DNA of 64,000 nucleotides from Escherichia coli (GTDB lineage Bacteria; Pseudomonadota; Gammaproteobacteria; Enterobacterales; Enterobacteriaceae): NCBI RefSeq assembly GCF_050920415.1, contig NZ_CP169309.1; one strand, 5' to 3'. Shown piece by piece: positions 1 to 11,644 of this stretch (position 1 is its first letter; each line of letters starts with the position of its first letter). The notes under the pieces were generated by a model. It saw only the letters and a program-made list of their open reading frames with translations, ran no database searches and was not told where the DNA came from. The position numbers and the translations under genes were made by a program.

Positions 1-32
1 ACCAGCCTTTTCCACGACAGCCGTTCCAGCAC
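1..32 (-). CDS. phoR: Phosphate regulon sensor kinase PhoR, N-terminal fragment (start codon GTG at 30-32; rest lies off the window)
   Basis: Reverse complement of 1-32 reads V-L-E-R-L-S-W-K-R-L, matching the PhoR N-terminus; sits directly next to phoB as in the phoBR operon. Confidence 0.65.
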   Translation of the reverse strand, partial: MLERLSWKRL

Positions 33-89
33 GTAAGATACTCCAGTTAAGAAATCATAAGCCCTGCTCTGCGTCCGATGAGCAAGGCG

Positions 90-779
90 TTAAAAGCGGG
101 TTGAAAAACGATATCCTGTACCGCGTACGGTCTGCACCATGCGGTCATGTCCGCCGGGCTCCAGTGCCTTACGCAGGCGACGAATGTGAACATCGACCGT
201 GCGGTCTTCCACATATACGTTGGTTCCCCAGACGTGGTTTAACAGCTGCTCGCGGCTGTACACGCGCTCGGGATGTGTCATAAAAAAGTGCAGCAGTTTA
301 AATTCTGTCGGCCCCATCTCCAGCGGTTCTTCGCCCGCCATCACCCGGTGAGATGTCGGGTCGAGACTGAGCCCCTGCATCTCGATCACCTCTTCCACCG
401 CCATTGGCGAAATACGGCGCATTACCGCTTTGATTCGCGCCACCAGTTCCTTCGGCGAAAACGGCTTGGTGATATAGTCATCCGCACCGGTTTCAAGGCC
501 GCGCACGCGATCTTCTTCTTCCCCTCTGGCGGTCAGCATCACCACTGGAATATCTCGGGTCATCGACTCGCGCTTGAGGTGTTTGATGAACTGGATACCG
601 GAGCCGCCAGGTAACATCCAGTCAAGGAGAATTAAATCCGGCCAGGGTTCATTCAGTTGATTCACAGCACTGTCATAATCTTCCGCTTCGACCGGCTGAA
701 AGCCATTTTGTTCGAGCACGAAGCAGACCATTTCGCGAATTGGAGCTTCATCTTCTACGACCAGAATACGTCTCGCCAT
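90..779 (-). CDS. phoB: Phosphate regulon response regulator PhoB (229 aa)
   Basis: Full-length ORF; translation [18 protein letters not shown]... matches PhoB (OmpR-family receiver plus winged helix). Confidence 0.97.
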
Positions 780-834
780 GATTTGCCCTGTTGTAATAAA
801 TAGGTTGCGATCATTAATGCGACGTCATTATGCG

Positions 835-860
835 TCAGATTTATGACAGATTTATGAAAA
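835..860 (-). promoter_or_regulatory. Pho box (PhoB binding site) in the phoB promoter
   Basis: Minus strand reads TTTTCATAAATCTGTCATAAATCTGA, tandem CTGTCAT-type 7-bp repeats 4 bp apart, upstream of phoB. Confidence 0.7.
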
Positions 861-968
861 GCACGTCGCACATATCTTCAGGTAGTTGATTTCCGTGGCG
901 CAGAAAAAAGCAAATGGCACATCTGTTTGGGTATAATCGCGCCCATGCTTTTTCGCCAGGGAATCGTT

Positions 969-2171
969 ATGCGCATCCTTCACACCTCAGACTGGCATCT
1001 CGGCCAGAACTTCTACAGTAAAAGCCGCGAAGCTGAACACCAGGCCTTTCTTGACTGGCTGCTGGAAACAGCGCAAACCCATCAGGTGGATGCGATTATT
1101 GTTGCCGGTGATGTTTTCGATACCGGATCACCACCCAGTTACGCCCGCACGTTATACAACCGTTTTGTTGTCAATTTACAGCAAACGGGCTGTCATCTGG
1201 TGGTACTGGCAGGAAACCATGACTCGGTCGCCACGCTGAATGAATCGCGCGATATCATGGCGTTCCTCAATACTACCGTGGTCGCCAGCGCCGGACATGC
1301 GCCGCAAATCTTGCCTCGTCGCGACGGGACGCCAGGCGCAGTGCTGTGCCCCATTCCTTTTTTACGCCCGCGTGACATTATTACCAGCCAGGCGGGGCTT
1401 AACGGTATTGAAAAACAACAACATTTGCTGGCGGCTATTACCGATTATTACCAACAACATTATGCCGATGCCTGCAAACTGCGCGGCGATCAGCCTCTGC
1501 CCATCATCGCCACGGGGCATTTAACGACCGTTGGTGCCAGCAAAAGTGACGCCGTGCGTGACATTTATATTGGCACGCTGGACGCCTTCCCGGCACAAAA
1601 CTTTCCGCCAGCCGACTACATCGCGCTCGGGCATATTCACCGCGCACAGATTATTGGCGGCATGGAACATGTTCGCTATTGCGGTTCCCCCATTCCACTG
1701 AGTTTTGATGAATGCGGAAAAAGTAAATATGTCCATCTGGTGACATTTTCAAACGGCAAATTAGAGAGCGTGGAAAACCTGAGCGTGCCGATAACGCAAC
1801 CGATGGCGGTACTGAAAGGCGATCTGGCGTCGATTACCGAACAGCTGGAACAGTGGCGCGATGTATCACAGGAACCACCTGTCTGGCTGGATATCGAAAT
1901 CACTACTGATGAGTATCTGCATGATATTCAGCGCAAAATCCAGGCATTAACTGAATCACTGCCTGTCGAAGTATTGCTGGTACGCCGCAGCCGTGAACAG
2001 CGCGAGCGTGTGTTAGCCAGCCAACAGCGTGAAACCCTCAGCGAACTCAGCGTCGAAGAGGTGTTTAATCGTCGTCTCGCACTGGAAGAACTGGATGAAT
2101 CACAGCAGCAACGTCTGCAACATCTTTTCACCACGACGCTGCAGACCCTCGCCGGAGAACACGAAGCATGA
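969..2171 (+). CDS. sbcD: SbcCD nuclease subunit SbcD (Mre11-like phosphoesterase, 400 aa)
   Basis: Translation from [13 protein letters not shown]...; metallophosphoesterase motifs (DWHLG, GDVFD, GNHD); ORF-track start 927 is an upstream in-frame extension. Confidence 0.95.
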   Translation: MRILHTSDWHLGQNFYSKSREAEHQAFLDWLLETAQTHQVDAIIVAGDVFDTGSPPSYARTLYNRFVVNLQQTGCHLVVLAGNHDSVATLNESRDIMAFLNTTVVASAGHAPQILPRRDGTPGAVLCPIPFLRPRDIITSQAGLNGIEKQQHLLAAITDYYQQHYADACKLRGDQPLPIIATGHLTTVGASKSDAVRDIYIGTLDAFPAQNFPPADYIALGHIHRAQIIGGMEHVRYCGSPIPLSFDECGKSKYVHLVTFSNGKLESVENLSVPITQPMAVLKGDLASITEQLEQWRDVSQEPPVWLDIEITTDEYLHDIQRKIQALTESLPVEVLLVRRSREQRERVLASQQRETLSELSVEEVFNRRLALEELDESQQQRLQHLFTTTLQTLAGEHEA

Positions 2172-5100
2172 AAATTCTCAGCCTGCGCCTGAAAAACCTG
2201 AACTCGTTAAAAGGCGAATGGAAGATTGATTTCACCCGCGAGCCGTTCGCCAGCAATGGGCTGTTTGCGATTACCGGCCCAACCGGCGCGGGGAAAACCA
2301 CCCTGCTGGATGCCATTTGCCTGGCGCTGTATCACGAAACTCCGCGCCTTTCTAACGTTTCACAATCGCAAAATGATCTAATGACCCGCGATACCGCCGA
2401 ATGTCTGGCGGAAGTGGAGTTTGAAGTCAAAGGTGAAGCGTACCGTGCCTTCTGGAGCCAGAATCGGGCGCGTAACCAGCCAGACGGTAATTTGCAGGTG
2501 CCGCGCGTAGAGCTGGCGCGCTGTACCGATGGCAAAATTCTCGCTGACAAAGTGAAAGATAAGCTGGAACTGACGGCGACGTTAACCGGACTGGATTATG
2601 GGCGTTTCACCCGTTCGATGCTGCTTTCGCAGGGGCAATTTGCTGCCTTCCTGAATGCCAAACCAAAAGAACGCGCGGAATTGCTCGAGGAATTAACCGG
2701 CACCGAAATCTACGGGCAAATCTCTGCGATGGTCTTTGAGCAGCACAAATCGGCCCGCACTGAGCTGGAGAAACTGCAAGCGCAGGCCAGCGGCGTCGCG
2801 TTATTAGCGCCAGAACAAGTGCAATCGCTGACAGAAAGTTTGCAGGTACTCACTGTCGAAGAGAAACAGTTACTCGCCGCACAGCAGCAAGAACAACAAT
2901 CGCTAAACTGGTTAACGCGTCTGGACGAATTGCAGCAAGAAGCCAGCCGCCGTCAGCAGGCATTGCAACAGGCGTTAGCCGAAGAAGAAAAAGCGCAACC
3001 TCAACTGGCGGCGCTCAGTCTGGCACAACCGGCGCGAAATCTTCGTCCGCACTGGGAACGCATCGCAGAACACACTGCGGCACTGGCGCATACTCGCCAG
3101 CAGATTGAAGAAGTAAATACTCGCTTACAGCGCACAATGGCGCTTCGTGCGAGCATTCGCCACCACGCGGCGAAGCAGTCTGCAGAATTACAGCAGCAGC
3201 AACAAAGCCTGAATGCCTGGTTACAGGAACACGACCGCTTCCGTCAGTGGAACAACGAACTGGCGGGTTGGCGTGCGCAGTTCTCCCAACAAACCAGCGA
3301 TCGCGAGCATCTGCGGCAATGGCAGCAACAGTTAACCCATGCAGAGCAAAAACTTAATTCACTTCCGGCGATCTCGTTGACGTTGAGCGCCGATGAAGTT
3401 GCTAGCGCCCTGGCGCAACATGCTGAGCAACGCACGCTGCGTCAGCGCCTGGTCGCGCTGCATGGGCAGATTGTTCCCCAACAAAAACGCCTGGCGCAAT
3501 TACAGGTCGCTATCCAGAATGTCACGCAGGAACAGACGCAACGTAACGCCGCACTTAACGAAATGCGCCAGCGTTATAAAGAAAAAACGCAACAACTTGC
3601 CGATGTGAAAACCATTTGCGAGCAGGAAGCGCGCATCAAAACGCTGGAAGCTCAACGTGCGCAGTTACAGGCAGGTCAGCCTTGCCCACTTTGTGGTTCC
3701 ACCAGCCACCCGGCAGTAGAGGCGTATCAGGCACTGGAACCGGGTGTTAATCAGGCCCGCTTACTGACGCTTGAAAACGAAGTGAAAAAGCTCGGGGAGG
3801 AAGGCGCGGCGCTGCGCGGGCAACTGGATGCATTAACGAAGCAGCTTCAGCGCGATGAGAACGAAGCGCAAAGCCTCCGACAAGATGAGCAAGCACTTAC
3901 TCAACAGTGGCGAGCTGTCACAGCCAGCCTCAATATCACCTTGCAGCCACAGAACGACATTCAACCGTGGCTGGATGCACAAGATGAACATGAACGCCAG
4001 TTGCGGTTACTCAGCCAACGACATGAATTACAAGGGCAGATTGCTGCGCATAATCAACAAATTATCCAGTATCAACAGCAAATTGAACAACGCCAGCAGC
4101 AACTCTCTGCGGCATTAGCGAGTTACGCGCTGGCATTGCCACAGGAAAATGAAGAAGAGAGCTGGTTAGCGACACGTCAGCAAGAAGCGCAGAGCTGGCA
4201 ACAGCGTCAGAACGAATTAACCACGCTGCAAAACCGTATTCAGCAACTGACGCCGATTCTGGATACGTTACCGCAAGGTGATGAGTTACCGCACAGCGAA
4301 GAAACAGTGGCACTGGAAAACTGGCGGCAAATTCATGAACAATGTCTCGCGTTACAAAGCCAGCAGCAAACGTTGCAGCAGCAGGGCGTTCTGGCGACAC
4401 AAAGTCTGCAAAAAGCCCAGGCGCAGTTTGACACCGCGCTACAGGCCAGCGTCTTTGACGATCAACAGGCGTTCCTTGCAGCACTGATGGATGAACGAAC
4501 ACTAACGCAACTGGAACAGCTCAAACAGAATCTGGAAAACCAGCGCCGTCAGGCGCAAACGTTGACCGCTCAGACAGCAGAAACGCTGGTACAGCATCAG
4601 CATCACCGACCTGACGGGTTAGATCTCTCTATGACGATGGAACAGATTAAACAAGAGTTAGCACAAACTAACCAAAAGTTGCGTGAAAACACCACGAGTC
4701 AGGGCGAGATTCGTCAACAGCTGAAACAGGATGCGGAAAACCGTCAGCAACAACAAACCTTAATGCAGCAAATTGCTCAAATGACGCAGCAGGTTGAGGA
4801 CTGGGGATATCTGAATTCGCTAATAGGTTCCAAAGAGGGCGATAAATTCCGCAAGTTTGCCCAGGGACTGACGCTGGATAATTTAGTCCATCTCGCTAAT
4901 CAGCAACTTACCCGGTTACACGGGCGCTATCTGTTACAGCGCAAAGCCAGCGAGGCGCTGGAAGTCGAGGTTGTCGATACCTGGCAGGCAGACGCGGTAC
5001 GCGATACCCGTACGCTTTCTGGCGGCGAAAGTTTTCTCGTCAGTCTGGCGCTGGCGCTGGCACTTTCGGATCTGGTCAGCCATAAAACGCGTATTGACTC

Positions 5101-5311
5101 GCTGTTCCTCGATGAAGGTTTCGGCACGCTGGATAGCGAAACACTGGATACCGCCCTTGATGCCCTGGATGCTCTGAATGCCAGTGGTAAAACTATCGGT
5201 GTGATTAGCCACGTTGAAGCGATGAAAGAGCGTATTCCGGTGCAGATCAAAGTGAAGAAGATCAACGGACTAGGCTACAGCAAGCTGGAAAATGCATTTG
5301 CAGTGAAATAA
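2168..5311 (+). CDS. sbcC: SbcCD nuclease ATPase subunit SbcC (Rad50-like, 1047 aa)
   Basis: Walker [10 protein letters not shown] at the N-terminus, long Q/E-rich coiled coil, CPLCGS zinc-hook motif mid-protein, C-terminal signature/Walker B ([18 protein letters not shown]); start overlaps sbcD stop by 4 nt. Confidence 0.96.
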   Translation: MKILSLRLKNLNSLKGEWKIDFTREPFASNGLFAITGPTGAGKTTLLDAICLALYHETPRLSNVSQSQNDLMTRDTAECLAEVEFEVKGEAYRAFWSQNRARNQPDGNLQVPRVELARCTDGKILADKVKDKLELTATLTGLDYGRFTRSMLLSQGQFAAFLNAKPKERAELLEELTGTEIYGQISAMVFEQHKSARTELEKLQAQASGVALLAPEQVQSLTESLQVLTVEEKQLLAAQQQEQQSLNWLTRLDELQQEASRRQQALQQALAEEEKAQPQLAALSLAQPARNLRPHWERIAEHTAALAHTRQQIEEVNTRLQRTMALRASIRHHAAKQSAELQQQQQSLNAWLQEHDRFRQWNNELAGWRAQFSQQTSDREHLRQWQQQLTHAEQKLNSLPAISLTLSADEVASALAQHAEQRTLRQRLVALHGQIVPQQKRLAQLQVAIQNVTQEQTQRNAALNEMRQRYKEKTQQLADVKTICEQEARIKTLEAQRAQLQAGQPCPLCGSTSHPAVEAYQALEPGVNQARLLTLENEVKKLGEEGAALRGQLDALTKQLQRDENEAQSLRQDEQALTQQWRAVTASLNITLQPQNDIQPWLDAQDEHERQLRLLSQRHELQGQIAAHNQQIIQYQQQIEQRQQQLSAALASYALALPQENEEESWLATRQQEAQSWQQRQNELTTLQNRIQQLTPILDTLPQGDELPHSEETVALENWRQIHEQCLALQSQQQTLQQQGVLATQSLQKAQAQFDTALQASVFDDQQAFLAALMDERTLTQLEQLKQNLENQRRQAQTLTAQTAETLVQHQHHRPDGLDLSMTMEQIKQELAQTNQKLRENTTSQGEIRQQLKQDAENRQQQQTLMQQIAQMTQQVEDWGYLNSLIGSKEGDKFRKFAQGLTLDNLVHLANQQLTRLHGRYLLQRKASEALEVEVVDTWQADAVRDTRTLSGGESFLVSLALALALSDLVSHKTRIDSLFLDEGFGTLDSETLDTALDALDALNASGKTIGVISHVEAMKERIPVQIKVKKINGLGYSKLENAFAVK

Positions 5312-5436
5312 CTATTCAGCAGGATAATGAATACAGAGGGGCGAATTATCTCTTGGCCTCGCTGGCCGTTATCCTGCAAGCTATCACTTTATTGGCTACG
5401 GTGATTGGTAGCCGTTCTGGTGGTTGTGATGGTGGT

Positions 5437-6621
5437 ATGAAAAAAGTTATTTTATCTTTGGCTCTGGGCACGTTTGGTTTGGGAATGGCCGAATTTGGCA
5501 TTATGGGCGTGCTTACGGAGCTGGCACATAACGTAGGTATTTCGATTCCTGCCGCCGGGCATATGATCTCGTATTATGCGCTGGGGGTGGTGGTCGGTGC
5601 ACCAATCATCGCACTCTTTTCCAGCCGCTACTCGCTCAAACATATCTTGTTGTTTCTGGTGGCGTTGTGCGTTATTGGCAATGCCATGTTCACGCTCTCT
5701 TCGTCTTACCTGATGCTCGCCCTTGGTCGGCTGGTTTCCGGCTTTCCGCATGGCGCTTTTTTTGGCGTCGGGGCGATTGTGTTATCGAAAATTATCAAAC
5801 CCGGCAAAGTCACCGCCGCCGTGGCGGGGATGGTTTCGGGGATGACAGTTGCCAATTTGCTGGGCATTCCGCTGGGGACGTATTTAAGTCAGGAGTTTAG
5901 CTGGCGTTACACCTTTTTATTGATCTCTGTGTTTAATATCGCGGTGATGGCATCGGTCTATTTTTGGGTGCCGGATATTCGCGACGAGGCGAAAGGAAAG
6001 CTGCGCGAACAATTTCACTTTTTGCGCAGCCCGGCCCCGTGGTTAATTTTCGCTGCCACGATGTTTGGCAACGCGGGTGTATTTGCCTGGTTCAGCTACG
6101 TAAAGCCATACATGATGTTTATTTCCGGTTTTTCGGAAACGGCGATGACCTTTATTATGATGTTAGTTGGGCTGGGGATGGTGTTGGGGAATGTGCTAAG
6201 TGGCCGGATTTCAGGACGTTATTCACCACTACGCATTGCGGCAGTGACTGATTTCATTATTGTGCTGGCATTGCTGATGCTCTTTTTCTTCGGCGGCATG
6301 AAAACAACGTCGCTTATTTTTGCTTTTATTTGTTGCGCGGGATTATTTGCCCTTTCAGCACCACTGCAAATATTGTTACTGCAAAATGCCAAAGGTGGAG
6401 AATTATTAGGTGCCGCAGGTGGGCAAATAGCGTTTAACCTCGGTAGCGCGGTCGGCGCATATTGCGGAGGTATGATGCTGACGCTGGGGCTGACTTATAA
6501 TTACGTGGCGCTGCCTGCCGCCCTGCTTTCGTTTGCTGCGATGTCGTCGTTGCTGCTGTATGGTCGCTATAAGCGCCAGCAAGCGGCGGATAGTCCGGTG
6601 CTGGCGAAACCAGTGGGATAG
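5437..6621 (+). CDS. araJ: MFS transporter AraJ (394 aa)
   Basis: Translation from MKKVILSLALGTFGLGMAEFG...; 12-TM MFS-like hydrophobic profile; synteny after sbcC. Confidence 0.9.
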   Translation: MKKVILSLALGTFGLGMAEFGIMGVLTELAHNVGISIPAAGHMISYYALGVVVGAPIIALFSSRYSLKHILLFLVALCVIGNAMFTLSSSYLMLALGRLVSGFPHGAFFGVGAIVLSKIIKPGKVTAAVAGMVSGMTVANLLGIPLGTYLSQEFSWRYTFLLISVFNIAVMASVYFWVPDIRDEAKGKLREQFHFLRSPAPWLIFAATMFGNAGVFAWFSYVKPYMMFISGFSETAMTFIMMLVGLGMVLGNVLSGRISGRYSPLRIAAVTDFIIVLALLMLFFFGGMKTTSLIFAFICCAGLFALSAPLQILLLQNAKGGELLGAAGGQIAFNLGSAVGAYCGGMMLTLGLTYNYVALPAALLSFAAMSSLLLYGRYKRQQAADSPVLAKPVG

Positions 6622-6640
6622 GTTGCAGTCACTGCTTGTT

Positions 6641-6728
6641 GTCGGATGCGGCGCGAGCGTCTTATCCGACCTACGCGGGCTGCTCATTTTGTAGGCCTGA
6701 TAAGACGCGGCAAGCGTCGCATCAGGCA
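6641..6728. repeat. REP/BIME palindromic elements (two inverted REP units) between convergent araJ and mak
   Basis: GTCGGATGCGGCGCGAGCGTCTTATCCGACCTAC and GTAGGCCTGATAAGACGCGGCAAGCGTCGCATCAGGC motifs. Confidence 0.7.
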
Positions 6729-6752
6729 TGATGCACCAATTGCCTGGTTTTT

Positions 6753-7661
6753 TTACTCTTGTGGCCATAACCACGCAGCGCCGCGTACGCCACTGGAATC
6801 ACCATGTTTCGCCTTACGCACCGGCGTTTCACATTCGCCGCCGAAGACAAATTGTTTAATCAACTGCGGAACCGTTTGATATAAACGATCTACATTGCTC
6901 ATCCCTCCCCCCAACACAATCACATCCGGATCGAGAATATTCACTACGTGTGCCAGCGATTTTGCCAGCCGCAGCTCGTAGCGACGCAATGCCAGTTCCG
7001 CTACCGGATCGCTTTCTTCTACCAGGCGGATAATTTCACTGCCTTTCAGCGCATGTCCGCTCAAACGACGATAATCCGTCGCGAATCCCGTGCCCGAAAT
7101 AAAGGTTTCAATACAACCTTGTTTACCGCAATAACAAGGGACTTCCTCGCGATAACGCAGTTCATCTTCGTCCATCCACGGTAGCGGATTGTGTCCCCAC
7201 TCGCCTGCCGTGCCATTGCCGCCGATATGCGCTCGACCATTGAACGCTACGCCCGCGCCGCATCCCGTGCCGATAATCACGGCAAATACCGTCTGCGCTC
7301 CCGCTGCTGCGCCATCTACCGCTTCCGAGACCGCCAGACAGTTGGCGTCATTTGCCAACCGCACTTCCCGTTGCAACCGCGCGCTTAAATCTTTATCAAA
7401 TGGCTGACCGTTAAGCCAGGTTGAATTGGCATTTTTCACCACGCCAGTGTAAGGCGAAATCGAGCCTGGAATGCCCATGCCTACCGTTCCGCGCTGCCCT
7501 GTCGCCTGCTCCGCCATATCAACCAACGTGGCGATCGTTTCGATGGTCTGATGGTAATCATCACGCGGCGTGGGCAGACGATGACGATACAACTGCTCCC
7601 CTGCATCGCCCAGTGCAATCACTTCAGTTTTAGTGCCGCCTAAATCGATACCTATACGCAC
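6753..7661 (-). CDS. mak: Fructokinase/manno(fructo)kinase Mak (ROK family, 302 aa; GTG start)
   Basis: Translation [14 protein letters not shown]... with ROK motifs and CxCGxxGC zinc site; AAGGAG RBS before GTG; ORF-track start 7799 is an upstream extension. Confidence 0.9.
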   Translation of the reverse strand: MRIGIDLGGTKTEVIALGDAGEQLYRHRLPTPRDDYHQTIETIATLVDMAEQATGQRGTVGMGIPGSISPYTGVVKNANSTWLNGQPFDKDLSARLQREVRLANDANCLAVSEAVDGAAAGAQTVFAVIIGTGCGAGVAFNGRAHIGGNGTAGEWGHNPLPWMDEDELRYREEVPCYCGKQGCIETFISGTGFATDYRRLSGHALKGSEIIRLVEESDPVAELALRRYELRLAKSLAHVVNILDPDVIVLGGGMSNVDRLYQTVPQLIKQFVFGGECETPVRKAKHGDSSGVRGAAWLWPQE

Positions 7662-7785
7662 GGTACTCTCCTTATTTTTTTCAATATCAATAGCGTAGAG
7701 ACGGACAACCGGATTGGCAATGCAAGGCCGCCGACAATTCGTTATCATGCCCGCTAAATTTAACGACAAGGCCGTGGAAATTATC

Positions 7786-8697
7786 ATGCTGTGGTTCAAA
7801 AATTTAATGGTTTACCGTCTTAGCCGCGAGATTTCGCTGCGTGCAGAAGAGATGGAAAAACAGCTAGCCTCGATGGCATTTACCCCATGCGGCAGACAGG
7901 ACATGGCGAAGATGGGCTGGGTTCCTCCGATGGGATCGCACAGCGATGCGTTAACGCACGTTGCCAATGGTCAAATTGTTATCTGCGCACGCAAAGAAGA
8001 AAAAATCCTCCCGTCTCCGGTGATTAAACAGGCGCTGGAAGCAAAAATCGCCAAGCTGGAAGCGGAACAGGCGCGCAAGCTGAAGAAAACCGAAAAAGAT
8101 TCGCTGAAAGATGAAGTGCTGCACTCTCTTCTGCCGCGCGCTTTCAGCCGTTTCAGCCAAACCATGATGTGGATCGACACGGTAAACGGTTTGATTATGG
8201 TGGACTGCGCCAGTGCCAAAAAAGCAGAAGATACGCTGGCATTACTGCGTAAAAGCCTGGGGTCGTTACCGGTTGTACCATTGAGCATGGAAAACCCGAT
8301 TGAACTGACGCTGACCGAATGGGTACGCTCTGGTAGTGCGGCACAAGGCTTCCAGCTGCTTGATGAAGCCGAACTGAAATCGTTGCTGGAAGATGGCGGC
8401 GTGATCCGCGCGAAGAAACAAGATTTGACCAGCGAAGAAATCACCAACCACATTGAAGCAGGAAAAGTGGTGACTAAACTGGCGCTCGACTGGCAGCAGC
8501 GCATTCAGTTTGTGATGTGCGACGATGGTTCACTCAAGCGTCTGAAGTTTTGCGACGAGCTGCGCGATCAAAACGAAGATATCGACCGTGAAGATTTTGC
8601 CCAACGTTTTGATGCCGATTTCATCCTGATGACCGGTGAACTGGCAGCATTAATCCACAACCTGATCGAAGGATTAGGTGGCGAAGCACAACGTTAA
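7786..8697 (+). CDS. rdgC: Recombination-associated protein RdgC (303 aa)
   Basis: Translation [16 protein letters not shown]... matches RdgC; divergent from mak as in K-12. Confidence 0.93.
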   Translation: MLWFKNLMVYRLSREISLRAEEMEKQLASMAFTPCGRQDMAKMGWVPPMGSHSDALTHVANGQIVICARKEEKILPSPVIKQALEAKIAKLEAEQARKLKKTEKDSLKDEVLHSLLPRAFSRFSQTMMWIDTVNGLIMVDCASAKKAEDTLALLRKSLGSLPVVPLSMENPIELTLTEWVRSGSAAQGFQLLDEAELKSLLEDGGVIRAKKQDLTSEEITNHIEAGKVVTKLALDWQQRIQFVMCDDGSLKRLKFCDELRDQNEDIDREDFAQRFDADFILMTGELAALIHNLIEGLGGEAQR

Positions 8698-8714
8698 TTG
8701 CTGATTTGCCTTTA

Positions 8715-8753
8715 ATGCCGGATGCGACGCCTGCGGCGTCTTATCCGGCGTAC
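8715..8753. repeat. REP element downstream of rdgC
   Basis: TGCCGGATGCGACGCCTGCGGCGTCTTATCCGGCGTACG imperfect palindrome. Confidence 0.6.
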
Positions 8754-8774
8754 GAATCCACACCAGGCATATAA

Positions 8775-9137
8775 TCATTCGCTACGGCGGGCAATAATTT
8801 TTAGCGCAGCAATATTATGCGTTTTACGCCGTAACTGATCCAACCGTCTCATCCCTATTCGCCTGTCAGCGGCACGCAGAATATTCACTAACCCCCATTT
8901 ATCGCTGGTAAATTGTTTCGTTAACAGCTCCGCTTTTGGGGTATCAATATATTCACGCAATAAATCAGAAATTGAACAAATATCCGTCAGATAAGGATAC
9001 CAGCAAGTTTCACCATGAAAATTACGCACTCCACCATTGCCTGCCATAAAGTCTTTTGGGTAATCCCAGATCACGTCTTTATCCAACGTGATCCAATAAC
9101 GCGGTAAATCGGTGCTTCCACCATTTTGGCTGCGCAT
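8775..9137 (-). CDS. Hypothetical small protein (120 aa), third gene of the rdgC-ppnP islet; may correspond to K-12 ykiA
   Basis: Intact ORF with ATG start, co-directional with the two upstream genes; no motif I can recognise. Confidence 0.55.
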   Translation of the reverse strand: MRSQNGGSTDLPRYWITLDKDVIWDYPKDFMAGNGGVRNFHGETCWYPYLTDICSISDLLREYIDTPKAELLTKQFTSDKWGLVNILRAADRRIGMRRLDQLRRKTHNIAALKIIARRSE

Positions 9138-9226
9138 GGGATAACGGGTACAGTGAATTTGCAGGTTGATCGTTGGCGTCAGTAAGTCATAAATCTCCCG
9201 CTGTAACTTGCTTCAGGGGCGTTGTG

Positions 9227-9631
9227 TCATTGTTTTTCCTCAAGCCGGTTACGCGCTTCACTGCGAATTTGCCGCGTTGCCCCGGTTTTCACTAAATCAC
9301 GTAACTGCGAAAGATCGGGCTGATCGACAAATAAGATTAATGATGGATCCTCTTTTAACCACGCCGTTTTCACATCGGCAGCCAACTGTGAATTATTAAT
9401 AGCCAGCGCCCGATCCTGTGACTCAGTCAATGTCGTTAACAAAGAGGCTGGGGTATGTACATTGTGCAACGCCGTCTGCCGCAAATGATCATTGTGACTT
9501 TTCAGCAATCCGCACCACCATTCATCATCTGATTTATCTTTTATCGTATCCAGCTCCGCAAAAATATCGCTTTCCTCATGATTCCAGCGGAGTAATCCTC
9601 TTTCACTTTGTCTACGGGTGCTATTTTTCAT
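9227..9631 (-). CDS. Hypothetical protein (134 aa), second gene of the rdgC-ppnP islet
   Basis: ATG start 12 nt downstream of the stop of the 9644-11506 gene (operon-like spacing); no signal peptide; no recognisable motif. Confidence 0.55.
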   Translation of the reverse strand: MKNSTRRQSERGLLRWNHEESDIFAELDTIKDKSDDEWWCGLLKSHNDHLRQTALHNVHTPASLLTTLTESQDRALAINNSQLAADVKTAWLKEDPSLILFVDQPDLSQLRDLVKTGATRQIRSEARNRLEEKQ

Positions 9632-9643
9632 ACTGACAACAGA

Positions 9644-11506
9644 CTACGCCCAGTCGGAGTTAAAACGATACTGTTGATCGAGTTTGTTGATAATTCCGGA
9701 GGGTAAATCTTTATTATCAAATAACTGGTTTCGCATCCGATAGCGGTATTCAGCAGGTAAATAAACCAGTAAATCGATAGCATTATTAAGCATCTCTTCG
9801 TCAATAATACCATTATCAATCAGCGCCAGCTGTACTTCGTAGGCTTGCTCTTGATCTTCTTGCCGTTTACTCATCATTAATTTTAAGGTGTGTTGCCATA
9901 ATTGTTTCTTATACTCCAGAGGTAACAATTTATCGCGTGCCAGCTCATACCAGATGCTGGGAATGTCATGCTGATTCAGTAGATAACTAATCCCTTCCTT
10001 CGAGGTCAGATAACGCATGCCGTCACGTAAATTGTGCACATCTTCTTTTGCCAAAGTCAGTTGACGCGACTCCGGCAAAGCGACAAATAACGCCTTCACG
10101 ATATTTTTATTTTCTTTATTATCCAGATACATTTGTTCTGCGATACGTTCAACATCCTCTGTCCTCAGGGTCGCTGACTGTTGGGTGATTTTTAGTTCAG
10201 TAAGCGTCCGGGCTAATGCTTGACGAACTTTCAGCGATTTATCTTTACTCAACAACACCGCTTGTTGTGCGGTTAAATCGGTTCCGGTAATTCTTTCGCG
10301 TAACTCCGGATCTTCGCTATTTATCAATTCATCAACCACTGCAGTTGGAACCAGCCAGGCGTAATCGTAATGGCTGATTAATGTCTTGCGCACACTGAGA
10401 AAAGGGCTTTGACTTAACGACACAACAATATCAGGAGAAAGATTATCCTGTCTGGCCTGCTCCAGCTGTACGCTCTCGACGGGTACAGACATTAATTTTT
10501 TATTCACTTCGGCGGAAATGTTACTGTTTTTAACCAGCCCTCTGGCAACAGCTTCATCTTTAATTAATTCATCGGTAAGCAAATGCATGTGTTGAGCAGG
10601 CCAGGACTGCGCCATTGATTCACGCGTCTGGTCATCGGGGTGCTGTAACAGTTGCAGCATAACGGCGGTTGACAAACTTTCTATATGAGTCAGAAAACGT
10701 GCCACCAGTGGATCTTCATGCTTTATTTTATCCGCAAGGAAATTATCGAGTTTCCCCGTTTCAATCCATTTTAATTTCTCATTAATTTCAGGAGCAGCTT
10801 TATCTCGAAAAACAGGTAACCCCTGAATTATATTGTCTACGACGCTATCATAGTCAGGATACGCATTGGAAATATTATCGGTTTCGATTTCAGTATGATC
10901 GTAAAAGTCGGGATTCACCAGTGAATAGGATTTTTGAATATTCTCATCCCAGCTATATCCTTCACCGCTTTCATCTTCATTGATATAAAACTCAGCTTTG
11001 ATGACCTCAAATTGCGTTGCTTTATCGGAAACAATAATGCCTCGCGCGCTAATTCCTTTCATCACTTCAAAGTTGTGATCATTATAATCAGCATAAACCA
11101 AACCTTTCGCTGTCATCTGCCCTTTCACATACGCGAAATCATGATTAATAAAGTTGTCGACAATAACATTACCTAATACAATCAGATGACCATTACCTGA
11201 CAGATAATCATCATAATCGCCGGAAATCGTTAAATTACCGTTCACCACCAGTTTATTTTGATTGCTGAAGTTAGCGGGTAATGATAGGTCACCATTATGA
11301 TAATACCAGCGGATATTATCTTTTAGCATATAAGCAGCTTCCATACTATCGTTGGTTGCCGCTTTAACCACGTTGCGCTCATCTGCCGTCATAAGATGAA
11401 AGTCAGAGGTGATAAGGTCCTCGCTACTGATCCACTCTGTGGCACATGCATTGCCAGTCATAAAAAACACGACCATACAGATGACCAATATATTAATTCT
11501 ATTCAT
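9644..11506 (-). CDS. Secreted/periplasmic repeat protein (about 620 aa): signal peptide, beta-strand-rich N-terminal half, helical HEAT/LRV-like C-terminal repeats
   Basis: N-terminus MNRINILVICMVVFFMTGNACA with an AxA-type cleavage site; repeated L..S....VR..LA-type helical units in the C-terminal half; AT-rich codon usage; start could be the GTG at 11515 (ORF track) or the ATG at 11506. Confidence 0.7.
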   Translation of the reverse strand: MNRINILVICMVVFFMTGNACATEWISSEDLITSDFHLMTADERNVVKAATNDSMEAAYMLKDNIRWYYHNGDLSLPANFSNQNKLVVNGNLTISGDYDDYLSGNGHLIVLGNVIVDNFINHDFAYVKGQMTAKGLVYADYNDHNFEVMKGISARGIIVSDKATQFEVIKAEFYINEDESGEGYSWDENIQKSYSLVNPDFYDHTEIETDNISNAYPDYDSVVDNIIQGLPVFRDKAAPEINEKLKWIETGKLDNFLADKIKHEDPLVARFLTHIESLSTAVMLQLLQHPDDQTRESMAQSWPAQHMHLLTDELIKDEAVARGLVKNSNISAEVNKKLMSVPVESVQLEQARQDNLSPDIVVSLSQSPFLSVRKTLISHYDYAWLVPTAVVDELINSEDPELRERITGTDLTAQQAVLLSKDKSLKVRQALARTLTELKITQQSATLRTEDVERIAEQMYLDNKENKNIVKALFVALPESRQLTLAKEDVHNLRDGMRYLTSKEGISYLLNQHDIPSIWYELARDKLLPLEYKKQLWQHTLKLMMSKRQEDQEQAYEVQLALIDNGIIDEEMLNNAIDLLVYLPAEYRYRMRNQLFDNKDLPSGIINKLDQQYRFNSDWA

Positions 11507-11614
11507 AATCTTCACTGATATTTATATCAACCTTGATGAATTATGAATATATCGGAAATCGAAAAAATCTCAGCAAAGGAAATATTATTATGGGTTAAAG
11601 AGAGGATATTTCAG

Positions 11615-11644
11615 AAAAATGCCCTCCCGTTCATGGGGAAGGCG
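11615..11644 (-). terminator. Putative intrinsic terminator after ppnP
   Basis: Minus strand CCUUCCC-loop-GGGAGGG hairpin followed by a U-rich run just after the ppnP stop. Confidence 0.45.
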
